Of a DNA stretch of 64,000 bases, positions 50,001 to 61,250 are shown piece after piece. The position numbers were made by a program, and so were the translations under genes. A model generated the notes under the pieces. The model was not told where the DNA came from. It saw nothing but the letters and a program-made list of their open reading frames with translations, and ran no database searches. Numbering within the stretch: the first letter of the stretch is position 1; each line of letters opens with the position of its first letter. The stretch comes from Lingula anatina (Eukaryota; Animalia; Brachiopoda): NCBI GenBank assembly GCA_051362555.1, contig CM120640.1, forward strand, positions 15,500,001 to 15,564,000. The letters are read 5' to 3'.

Positions 50001-52199
50001 GGAAATGTCAAACAAACACTTTTACGAATCTTATTAGTTAAATAATGAGACTGTTAACATGCCTAAGAATTGAATCTGAGGAAACGTGAAAAAACTGCAC
50101 AACTTATAAAATAATGGCCCGATTATGCTGATTTTCAAACTTGACCTGCGTTTTAGTAAGATTAATTACTCCTGTGAGTTTAAATGACAATTGGCCTATC
50201 TGTTTTTCTTATATTGTGTTTACAGTGTTGCATATATGCTAAAAAGTGAAAAAACAGCATAACTACTAAAATAGTAGCCCGATCGTGCCGATTTTCGAAC
50301 TTGACCTGCGTTTTAGTAAGATTGATTGCTCCTGTGAGTTTCATGACAACAGGCCTATCGGTTTTCCTTGAAATGTGTTAACAGTGTTGTATATATGCTG
50401 AAAAGTGAAAAAACAGCATAACTTCTACAATAATGGCTCGATCATGCTGATTTTCGAACTTGACCTGGGTTTTATGAATATTCATCAGCTCTGTAAATAT
50501 AAAGCCAAAAAGTAAAACTTTCTTCCACTTATCGTGTTAACGCTGAAAGTGCACGGCGCCGGCATCGGCGACGGCATCGGCGACGGCGACGACGGCGACG
50601 ACAGACGCAGGTGATGGCAATATGTACAGACACATCTGTGTCTGTACATAAAAATCTCTGAATAAATAAATAAGTCAAACAAACTTTTTTTGGTATATGT
50701 TAAAAGAATAAAACATAAGCTGTACTGAGCTTTTACGTGGATTTCAATGAAACAACTTAAAGAATAAAATTAAAATGTGATAAACAGTGTGACAAAACAA
50801 CCGTTTTGTCAGAAGGGCTAAACATAAACATGCCCACTATTTTGACTCTCTTTGGCTAACCAAATCTGACATTTTTAGAAAAAAAACAGTTTTAGATCAA
50901 AGACAACAGTATGACAGAATGAATCCTTCACCTTCATATACTGGAAAACTTGTTTCTGGAAACCCCTTTTGACAAAACACCTTCAAATATCCAACCTGTT
51001 AAAGCAGAAAAGATTGAATGCAATAAATGTATACCTAAAACGCAACATTCTTATACTTTAGAATAAAGGAAAGTAACCTGACTTCAGGAGACATGTTATC
51101 TGATTATTTAATTTCAACAATAAAGGTGATATTAAAACAATAAGTAAAAGCCAGGTGGAGGATTAATGGCTTTATCTTCAGATAATAATAAAGATTCTAT
51201 GGTTAAAGTCATAATAACTCTTCGTTTTGGCCAAAAATACGATTTTCCTGGAAAAAACGGCAATTTTCCCGTACTTACCAATGGTCAACGACCCCATTCC
51301 TGCATTCAAAGTTAATCCAGGGTTTTTTTCCTAAACGTACGGTTTTTTGTTAAAATCTCTTAAGAGATTTTAACTGACGGAGCCCTCTCGTATCGAGCAA
51401 TAGTTTCTAGTGACCTACTTAAAACCGCGGGAAAAGCAGACAACAACACTATATAACAATATTATAAGATTCATAAGATATATTCGTCTTTTTTGCTCAA
51501 AATGCATTTATATCTACAATGTGTGCAATTCTGGGCTTTTCGTTATCCGACGCACTGTAAAAAACTCGCAACTTACGTCTGAGGGTTTCCCGCCATGTTA
51601 TTTTGGTCTCGAATGAACGCGAGAATCCGCGTGACACCATTACGTCATTAGCAACGGATGCACTTGTCGACCGCGAATAAAGCATCGAAAGCCCAAGTGA
51701 CAAGCACAGATTTTAGTTTTACTACAATAACAGTCGTTTTAGTGGGAAAATGCAACAGAATATATTTCCAGGCGTTGTTTACAATGTATTTCTTGCGGAA
51801 TTTTGAATCTCAAAGGAAGAGTTATTATTGCTTTAACATATAAATAATAAACATGATAAAAAATTGAACTATATGACAAATCAACAACTGGGCAGCATTA
51901 AAATTTTAATCAGCTTTGGTTGCATTTATGCAGGGTTGGAGAAAAATTCTTAGTCTGCAGTTCAAAAAGCTTAATTTTACAGCTTATGGGCTCTTTTCCC
52001 ATACGTCAACTTCAAGTTAATACAGTTGGTGCAGAGAACCATCTTCATTTTCATAAATCAATAACAACATATTAATTATAAAAAGCAAGCAGAAACTTAC
52101 AACTTTCTGTTGGCCAAAACCATCTGCTTCATCATCCGTTTCATCAAATTCTTCATTTAATGGCAATACCTGTGTCTGATCAAAGTCCATCTTTTTCAT
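38044..52199 (-). CDS. MDC1: Mediator of DNA damage checkpoint protein 1: FHA domain, TQ-repeat and low-complexity region, tandem BRCT
   Basis: N-terminus MDFDQTQVL (52199-52101). FHA exons 50995-50932, 48288-48233 (NVIGRQ), 47989-47897 (LSKQHACI..DKGSVNKT) and 47148-47041. Large exons at about 44700-43208 (TQxF/Y) and 42501-40560. BRCT exons from about 40340 to 38395 ([50 protein letters not shown]). Last exon 38140-38044. Confidence 0.88.
38141..38394 (-). other. U12-type AT-AC intron (last intron of MDC1)
   Basis: 5'SS ATATCCTTTT, branch point CCTTAAT about 10 nt before a terminal AC. Splicing restores the frame DVDSFAIKPE...KKKRN*. Confidence 0.85.
49067..50655 (-). mobile_element. Putative Helentron-associated (HINE/DINE-like) element with ~160-bp tandem core repeats
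   Basis: Tandem units of period about 160 (50131, 50291, 50451), a GACGGC/GACA microsatellite at 50556-50607, and a perfect 14-bp hairpin TATGTACAGACACA-TC-TGTGTCTGTACATA at 50621-50650 next to an A-run. The far end is not defined. Confidence 0.45.
49149..49705. mobile_element. Harbinger-like MITE with ~150-bp TIRs
   Basis: GAGCGCATTCTCAACGAATTAAGCC... / ...GGCTTAATTCGTTGAGAATGCGCTC with TTA TSD. An empty paralogous site is visible at about 50025-50045. Confidence 0.8.
51207..51832. mobile_element. Kolobok-like non-autonomous element, longer relative of 13184-13520
   Basis: TTAA flanks and AGTCATAATAACTCTTC / GAAGAGTTATTATTGCT termini. About 165 bp are shared in inverted orientation with 13355-13520. 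Confidence 0.6.
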
Positions 52200-53890
52200 T
52201 CTACAAGCAATAAAACAAAAGCAGAAAATTTAACTCAAAAGTCTAACTTTAAATCAGCAATTTAAATAAAAATGCATGTTAAATTACATGTTAAAATTAC
52301 TGAGATTACTGAGATATGTATTTTCAAAACACCAAAATTATGTTAAATCACTCATTTCATGTATAATACTCTTTAACAAGGGTCATTTGTTAACACTTCC
52401 AACATAAGCATACAAGATTCAACAGAATATTTGTATCTGATGAAAATGGCATTTCAGAATACGAGACTCAGGTCTTCCATGTAGAAAATGCATGAAATGT
52501 GCTACTGCACATGCAAGAATGCTGCTTTGCATGCTTATTATGTCGACTTCATGGAAAGCTATTGTTGTAAGATACTAATATTATTTATTGCCTGAGCATA
52601 ATTCCAGATCTCTGTGACTTAATAGGCCTTTTGTATTACATTATATTCAATATTGGACAATGTATAAGAATCTGATCATAGATTGGGGTTCATTAAAAAA
52701 ACATAAATACTGCAGCAAGGCAATTGTTAGATTTTTTAAAGTCTCACTGCTGGCAAAAATCGGATTATCCTCACTTTTTCAGCATTGTGCTGCTTATTAA
52801 GTTGAAAGATTAATTAAGGTGCAGGGAAATTATGGCAGATGTCATTATTTTGTCCAGTCATTTATAACTACATGTACTAGTAAAGTATCTAATTAAAAAA
52901 GGAATAAAACATCAAACCCAAGTGTTGGGACGATTCATGCAACAATTTATGAGTAGGAAAAAATTGCTCTTTACCCCAGGAAAATTTATTTTTGGGGAAA
53001 AATCCCATGGAACTCTGGCATCTATCCATCCATCTGGAAGAGTTTCAAGCACTAATAGCTTTCACCTTGTGCTAATTGCTTTCTCTCAGATTCTAGCATG
53101 ATCAGTTAATGCAAAAATAGTGATTATGAGAGCCAGAAGCCAAAAACTAGGACTAGGTCTGGTTATATTGCCAAATTTATGACAAGCAAATTGGGTAAAG
53201 AAAGCAATGAAATTTAAAGGACAAAAACAACCCTCCATGTACCAAACTTATCCAACAATATCCAGAACGTGTATTTTACCTTGTATACCTTGGCCTGCTA
53301 CATTAAGGACGTATTCATAAAATCTTGCGTTAACCTTTTGAATGCAGTGTGAAACCTCAACTTGCTGAAGACTCACAAAAGGGTCAGCCCAATGAAAGGG
53401 TGGTCAAGAAACTACATTTACCCATTCTTCATGGTAATACGAATAGAAAGTCTCACAATAATTACAATAATACCGACTAACCAGTATGGAATGCAGTCAT
53501 CGGGTCGTTATACCATTGTAGATGTGTACCAGGACATTAGATATATGTACAAATGTATTAACCAGTTACCCGCAACCTTCCCAATTGAAATGAACAAGAA
53601 CGTTACTTTACATGCGGAACAAAATATTCAATATTCCGAGAAATTAGGATTAAAAAAACTCAAAAGTCTTCCCTAAAACACTAGCTTGATAAAATCTAGT
53701 TTTAGTATCATTCTGATATTATATAACTCCATCTGCTCATATTTGCTTCCGTACGACGGCGAGAGCACATACCACAATCTTTCATTTATGACTACCCTTT
53801 CTTTTGTCTGTCTGTGAGTCTGCTTGTTGCCGCAGAGTCGAATGCAGAGAGCCAAGGGTGTAAATATATTCCAATTTTAATCACTCAGAA

Positions 53891-56800
53891 ATGGGCGTGA
53901 CAAAGAAAATCATTAAGGATGGAGATGGTAACTATCTATGTATTTTTATTTATCGAGGCCTGGAATGAAAATGGTTACTTGCATGAAATGGTTGCATTTC
54001 ATTTCTTTGTTGAGAAAATAAAACGATTGGCGTGTGCCTTGGAACAAATTGGATTGAACCTGGTGCAGCTTACTGCACAGTTAAATGGAATCTAGTGCTG
54101 TAACGCTGGTAACAGTGTACCCAAGTCTTGTTTTTATTTGAAGTAAACGCTGCTTCACGACAATAACATGATGCATTGAATTTTAATATTTATAATTATT
54201 AATACTTTCGACACTTTGGCAGTTTTCCCCCTGGCCCAAAATTCATGCGTTAGCACTGTTAGCACTCCTATTGACGATTCTGATGTGTACTGGCTGTGCT
54301 TAATGCATAATAGCAAAGGCCTCAAAAAGTGTGAAATGAAGACCAGTGTGTGCACTTGCAGCGGTGTAGGAGCACCAAAATGTTTATCTTACCTCTCATT
54401 TTTCAACTTGCACACTCCTGTTAAGCCAACCAGTTTTCCTATCAACAATGCCATACATGTCATCTCTCCTGGATAATCCAGGATTGTCCCAGATACAGAA
54501 TGTATCTCCCAGTCTCCTGTACGGTAACCAAATCCAGTTAAAAGCGACTTTGAAAATTTGCACCACTGTCAGCTACCATCCTACCTCAAATACCCAAATC
54601 AAAACAATTTTACTGAGCAAAATCTTAGAATCTCCAGATTTTAGATGTCCAGAGGTTGGCATCTTTACAGTGCTGTGAGATTGGTAATATCCATCTGCTT
54701 GTCTACCAGTTAGGCCACTGTTAAGCTTTAATTTTAGATTAAGTTCAAATTGGCAGGTGTCATTATCTCAAACCATTGTCATGACTGGACCATGAAGAGA
54801 GAAAATTATTGTAGTTCAGAATACTCTAAGTGCCTTGTGGACATTTTTATAAGATATAAAGAAATGTGTTCAGTGTAATAGCAGATATGTCAGGATCATT
54901 ACCAAAACTCATCCATTGGTGCACATGCACATACATACTATAAACTGTTATACTAGCAAATGTTTATATCACATTGGTATTTTCCTAACAATTTTTTTGA
55001 AATATTTCAGGGACAACATACCCAAAGCCTGGGCAAACGGTTGCCGTACACTATATAGGTAAATACAAAATTACATTATACTTTTCAACATAAATGTTTA
55101 AATTGCCACCAAAATCATGCTTGAATGTCACCTTGATTGGTTCAACATTAAATAAAGGCTTTTTAAAACACCCTCTTCACAGTACATTTGAGAGGCTGGA
55201 CTGTCAGAGGCTCAAAGATGGTTAAATGCTATAATTCTTTGTCAAATTGATTTAGGTTGTCTGTGCACATGTCAGCTTTAGCTGACGTATTTTAATTTTG
55301 CATAAATTTTTACATTATACTGTAGAAAGTTTTGTGTAATGACTATTTATGCAAAAAAAGTATTTTCATGTTCAAAAAATCAACTTTCAGGAACATTGGA
55401 GAATGGAACAAAATTTGATTCATCGAGGGATCGTGGAAAAGTTTTCAAATTCAAGATTGGTGCAGGCCAAGTTATTAGAGGTATTTCCATAATGCTTCCT
55501 ATGTCATATTTCCTATGTCGTATTGCGTTTAAAGAAATTTAACCTACATGTGACCTACTTTTCTGCCCCATGTATATACAGTATAGACAGCTAACAGAAA
55601 AATCCATTCAAATATTATTTTTGGGGTAATATTAAACAGTCTTTTAGTAATTCTCTTAGTTGTACTATTTGAAACTATATGCTGGCATTTGGTTGTTTTT
55701 TTACGTGGCAGAAAATAGACTTTGTATGATCTTTAAAACGTATTTAAAGAATTCATTCAGTGTAGAGTTACCTCTGAGATAAAGTAAATTTAAGTAATTT
55801 ACAGTATTTGAATTCCTTTAAATTTTGATAAAAGAAGAGTATTGATCAGTTACCTTTTTCTTTTTTTAAGGTTGGGATGAAGGAGTTACAGAGGTAAATA
55901 CTTTTTACATTTGTGATGAAAATCTATTGATATTTGCATGTTTTGGTAAGTATTGCCTGGTTGTTTCAATTTTAAGCTCCCCATGCCAAAGTCAAGGGTA
56001 GTTATTGCCATGCCTTTGGTGTCACTATGCAGATAGATACACATATTTATCATGGGAAGGATTTTTTCTAGTGATGGTATTTCCAGTCTCATGCAAGTAA
56101 TAAAATTTGGTATGCATTTTATTTCTTTAACCTCAGCACTGTTTACCTGTGAAATGTACTTATCATGTTGTCTTTTACGTGTAGTAAGTTTTCATACCCC
56201 CGTCACACTAGAGGCGGAATGAGCAAGAATGCCGTCGGAAAGACAATTCTTTGTGCGCTCCTGGATATTCGAAGAGCATTCTAAAAATTCAGAGTGCATT
56301 CTAAATATTTTTACCCATTCTTGTGGCATTCCGAATGTTTTTGTCATGTCAAAAACTTTCGAAGTGCATTCCAAGTGGAAATTTATTGAATGGCATTTGA
56401 GCAGTATTCTAACTGCACTATGACTGCATTCTAAATATTCTCACGGCATTCCGACAGCATTCAAAACATTCTGATAACATAAGAGGAATATTCGAACTGA
56501 CAAGTTACTTAAAGCCCCTGTCAAACTTATTCGAAATCAGTAGGAATCAAGCCGGAATTACTTAATTTAAAAATTTGTGCAATATTGGAGAGGGAATTTA
56601 AAATTATCATAAAATATTACGGCTTTGTAAGAATGCCTCTGGAATACTAAGAATGCACATCGAACCCGCCTGGAATGATTCTTGCACATTCCAGGTATAT
56701 TACCTCTCAAATGCACCTCGAATGTAGTTGGAATACTGTAGGGATATTGCGATAAATTTCCTCTTGGAATGTACCTCGAAAGTTTTTGACATGACAAAAA

Positions 56801-58584
56801 CATTCGAGCCGACCACAAGAATGGGTAAAAATATTTGGAATGCACTCAGAATTTTTAGAATGTTTTTAGAATGCTATTCGAATATCCTGGAATGCACAAA
56901 GAATTGTATTTTCGACGCCATTCTTAATCATTCCGCCTCTAGTGTGACGGGGATTTTATACTCCGCCAGAATGTTTCGAATGTGCCTCGGATGAGCTGAA
57001 ATATTAATTTTGCCAGCAATCGAACTACACTAGTGCGCCGTTCAAAGTATATTCTAAATATTCTTACTGCCTTCTTACATCATTATAAATATTCCTAGTT
57101 TTCCAACTACATTCAAATTTCTTTTGAGAGCTACACAGTCGAAAATGCACTCGTCATTCCAGGCGAATTCAAGCGCATTCTGAGTATTCCAACGGTACTC
57201 TTACAATAATTAAGGTAAATTTGAAATTTTCCCCCCGAATGTGGTTCGAATTTAAAAAAAATTTTGTTCAGGCTCATTCTTCTTCATTCCTGCTGATTCC
57301 AAATAAGTGTGACGGGGGTATTACTCCAAATTCCTAATAAATCTTGATTTCAGGTACTTGAAAAGAGTTTAACTTTTCCTTTTGAAATGTCTCTGACAGC
57401 AAGGAGAGATTATTGTGGGGAGATAAGCATAACTTTGGTTCAGATATGTTGGCTCTGAAATTCTAGATTGTATTGCTGAAATGAAATTAAATACTGAATG
57501 GAAACCTTGTTCAGTCTGCATTGCTAACCACTGGAACCAAGCCTTGTAATGGGAAAATTGAAGCCATGCTAGTAAAAGTGTGTAAATTTGTAAAATTTCT
57601 GATCATTGTTTTTGTTGGGAGTCAGTAGGCTAAAAATGGACACAAACTGGAATTTCAGTCATTTTCTATTAAATATTAAGGTAAAATGTACAGTTATAAA
57701 TCTTTATATAAGAAAAAGGTTTAAATCACAGTAATCTTATGAATGTGCTACATAAAAGGGTGAATCCCTATTTAATAAATCTGCTTCTTCCCAATTTTAG
57801 GTACTAGTAGGTAATTCCTGGAGATGAAACTCAGTAGTCATCTGTCTTATTTACATGCTATTGAATATACATTTTTTTTTTGTGTGTGTCATTATATATG
57901 GGGATTTTGTAATTTTCTGTATAGTAATTTACCTGTTTTTCTGTTTACCACCTTGGGGTGTCCACCATTAAGTCACAGGGGGCATATATCGTTGCAAGTG
58001 CCAGCTGCCTTTGTTGTTTTTAAGTTTAATGGCTGCACATGTTTGCCTTTTTGGTTTGGAAATTTAAGTATTTTGTCTTTCCAGATGTCTTTAGGTGAGA
58101 AAGCAAAACTGACATGTAGTCCTGATTATGCCTATGGAGCAAAGGGATACCCTGGAGTATATCCTTTTTTCATTCATTCTGTATTTTCAGTATTCAGCAA
58201 ATACGATTAGATTTTTCACTTAGAAAGTTTGTATTTTAGAGAAGTGTTTGTGCATTTTAACTTTTGCAGCTGCACACAGTTATATAAAAATACTTGTTGG
58301 GCATGTTTTCACTTTATTGCTTTTCTTTATGTTACTGTTACATTTTTTTCAAAGATGTAACAATTTGAAAGCTTCAAGTGTTAAAATTGATCACTTTGTT
58401 CAAGATTTCAAACTGGATATGCTCATTTGTTACAAAAAAGTCATTTTGCTTAAGTGTGATTGACATTTTAAAGGTTTTTCTGTAGGATGAAATTGCATGT
58501 ACAATTTTATACGCCTTAACTATTTTCACTATCCCACCTAATGCAACTCTAATCTTTGAGGTGGAACTGTTGAGCTTGGAATAG
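53891..58584 (+). CDS. FKBP1A: FKBP12 peptidyl-prolyl isomerase (108 aa); exons 53891-53927, 55011-55058, 55391-55480, 55871-55893, 58085-58158, 58530-58584
   Basis: The spliced product [108 protein letters not shown] is exactly 108 aa. The symbol is family-level (FKBP1A/1B co-ortholog). Confidence 0.93.
56196..57319. mobile_element. GAATG/CATTC-rich TIR element containing an inverted copy of its own family (about 56513-56953)
   Basis: Outer ends ACCCCCGTCACACT / AGTGTGACGGGGGT and inner ends GCCCCTGTCAAACTTATT / CTAGTGTGACGGGAT. Confidence 0.65.
58159..58529 (+). other. U12-type AT-AC intron (last intron of FKBP12)
   Basis: 5'SS ATATCCTTTT, branch point CCTTAAC (58514-58520) and terminal AC at 58528-58529. 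Splicing gives the conserved YPGV-IPPNATL. Confidence 0.92.
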
Positions 58585-60470
58585 GTTAGCTGGCCAATAC
58601 ATCTGTCCAGATTTGAGGCAACATTTGTCTGATGGCAGCCAACCCGTGTTAGTTAGATTTGTGGTAACATGCAGAACTGTCAAAATATTTAACTGACTTT
58701 GTCCTGAAACTACTCAAACTAATTTTATTGTTTGTTGTAAGTGAAATCAGTCCGTTTATATCTATTATCAAAGATTGTCAATTTTTCATTATTGGGATCA
58801 AATTTTGTTTGTAGAGGCATCTTCTGTTGGTAAGTCTAACTATTACAGAATACTTCGTCAGGAAGTATACTTGTAACATATCGGTGGTAAAGAATGTTGG
58901 TGTGAACTAAAACCATGGGAAGGCATGAATTTAATTCATAATGTATGCAAGTTTTTTTTGTGAAAGACCAAGTCCAGGGTGCTTGTTTTCCTGGGTAATT
59001 AGACAATACAGTACAACACCGTACAAAAAAAGAATTCTTACTGATAGAATGTCTCACAAATATGATTGTGTTAGAGTTAACTAGTTTCATATTGCTACTG
59101 GCTTTGTAAGTATCTTCTTAAGCAACGATACAAGTTGATAAAATTGTGACTTTGATCTCATTTTGAAGGGTTTTACTTGAAAAGCAATCATGTGCAATAT
59201 ATTGATCTACTAGTCTACTTAATTTTAGAAGAACATTAGATAATCCAGTTCAGTGAAAATAATTTTTTATCACCACGACAGGACAGTAAGTGTATAAAAC
59301 ACACTGACAAATGCCTTTCATATTACTTGTAGCGATAGGTAATATGGACATACAAAGGAGAACAGTTTTTACATTTTCAATTATGAAGAGACTGATGGTT
59401 TTAGGAAGTGAGCATCTGTTTAAGTTTCTGGATCAAATTGTTGCAGAATGAATACAAATAAAGAACATAAAGATGGAGGATTGGATATTCATGTGAAAAT
59501 TATGCCATATAGCCTATTTCAGGACCAGGGTGATTGCTTTTCAACTTTTCTTTCAATAAAATAAATATAGATATAAATACATACATACTTTGTTTTTGTT
59601 AAACAATTATATCTGCACGTCCACAATACTGGGTAACAACATTGGGACGTGGGCAACATAGCACCAATCTTGTGAGCATGCTTTTTACTTGGAATGATTG
59701 TGCAACCCTTTTCTTCACCCATCAAAATTTGCAAGGAAGAGCAATTTTTGTTTTTCTCTAGTGTCTGTGCAGTATTGATCCCCGAGATGAAAAAAAAAAC
59801 ATGACAATACTTTTCTGAGAGCTTTCTTTTCCATAATGTACAGCTGCAAAACAGACTGGTATCTATGTGTCCCAGATTAAAGCGCTGTTTTAGCGTCATT
59901 TTCAACTAGGAATTAAAAAGTTTAAAATACAGCAATATTTGGAAACAAAATTGTCTGTTATAAATATATATATAATTTTTATTTTTGAATGTTCATTTTA
60001 AACATTGAGATTTTCAGTGAGTGAATGTGAAATCTCATGGGTCTGAAGCCCTATTATGCCATTTACACATTCTTAATGTTGGTGTTACCTATAGTGAAAT
60101 TTGGTGTTGCTTTTGCTGTTAAGCATCAAGTAAAATTGTGTCAAAATTGACATAATAATTTACTATGTATGTACATTAAAACAGTTTTGAAGCTTTTTTA
60201 ATCAAATATATTTCACACTCATAATCCTGTTGTTTTGGTTTATTTATTTACAATCAACAGTGTTTTATCTAGTTAAATTTTGTTTCTAAAAAAAAGTGCA
60301 ATCCAATGCAATGCATCAAGTGACAAAATGATAGAGGTTTTCACAAACATTTCAATTTACTTAACATTAATTGCAAACCGAAATTCACCTTTACATATTC
60401 TTCAATCAAAGTTTCTTTATGGTTGCTATTTAAAGTGGCAAATGTTGCAAAAGCATGTTTAATCCTATAG

Positions 60471-61218
60471 TTATTGCCATGATTTGGCACATTCTTCATC
60501 TCTTTTCCTTTCTTTTTCAATCCATTCTTGTCTATGCTTTTCTCGGGCTTCCTTGTCACTATAAAGCTCAGCTTTTCTTTGATTAATTTCCTTAAGCCTC
60601 GCTTTCTGAATAGAAAGATAAAACTCAACATCAAATAGTGAACAAACATGATAATCATCATACTCAAATACATTCTATAGTAAACAAACATTATAATCAT
60701 TATACTCAAATACATTCTACCTAGCTGATACAAACAAGGCAGTTAAGCTGTCAAATGTACAGACAAAATTTTAAAAAGGAGGTAATAAAGATGCAGACAA
60801 CTGGTCATTTTGTCAATTTTGATGCAATAATAAATAATGCTTATATTGGCACAGTCAATCAAAACTTAATTTTAATCATGCACAACAGGTAACCTGGACA
60901 CCAAGAATATATTTTCTGGACCATGTGAGTTCAAATTAACATAATGAAAATCTCAATATGTGAAAAATGATGACAGTGCATAAAATAATGTTACAAAATG
61001 CTTAATGGCATAAAAACCAATACTACTACTTATGTGGAAATACAAAAAATGTTACTTTTACAGAGCTGCAGGTGGATGGGAGTGAAAAGTTACATGTTGT
61101 AAATGACACGTGTTTGAAAATTTAAAAAAGAAAACAACAAAAATATTCTAATAAAGCTGCTATTCAAACTTTTAATCTAGCTGTATTAACAAAATATGAA
61201 CAAGAGTGCTTTATTTTT

Positions 61219-61250
<32 letters not shown>

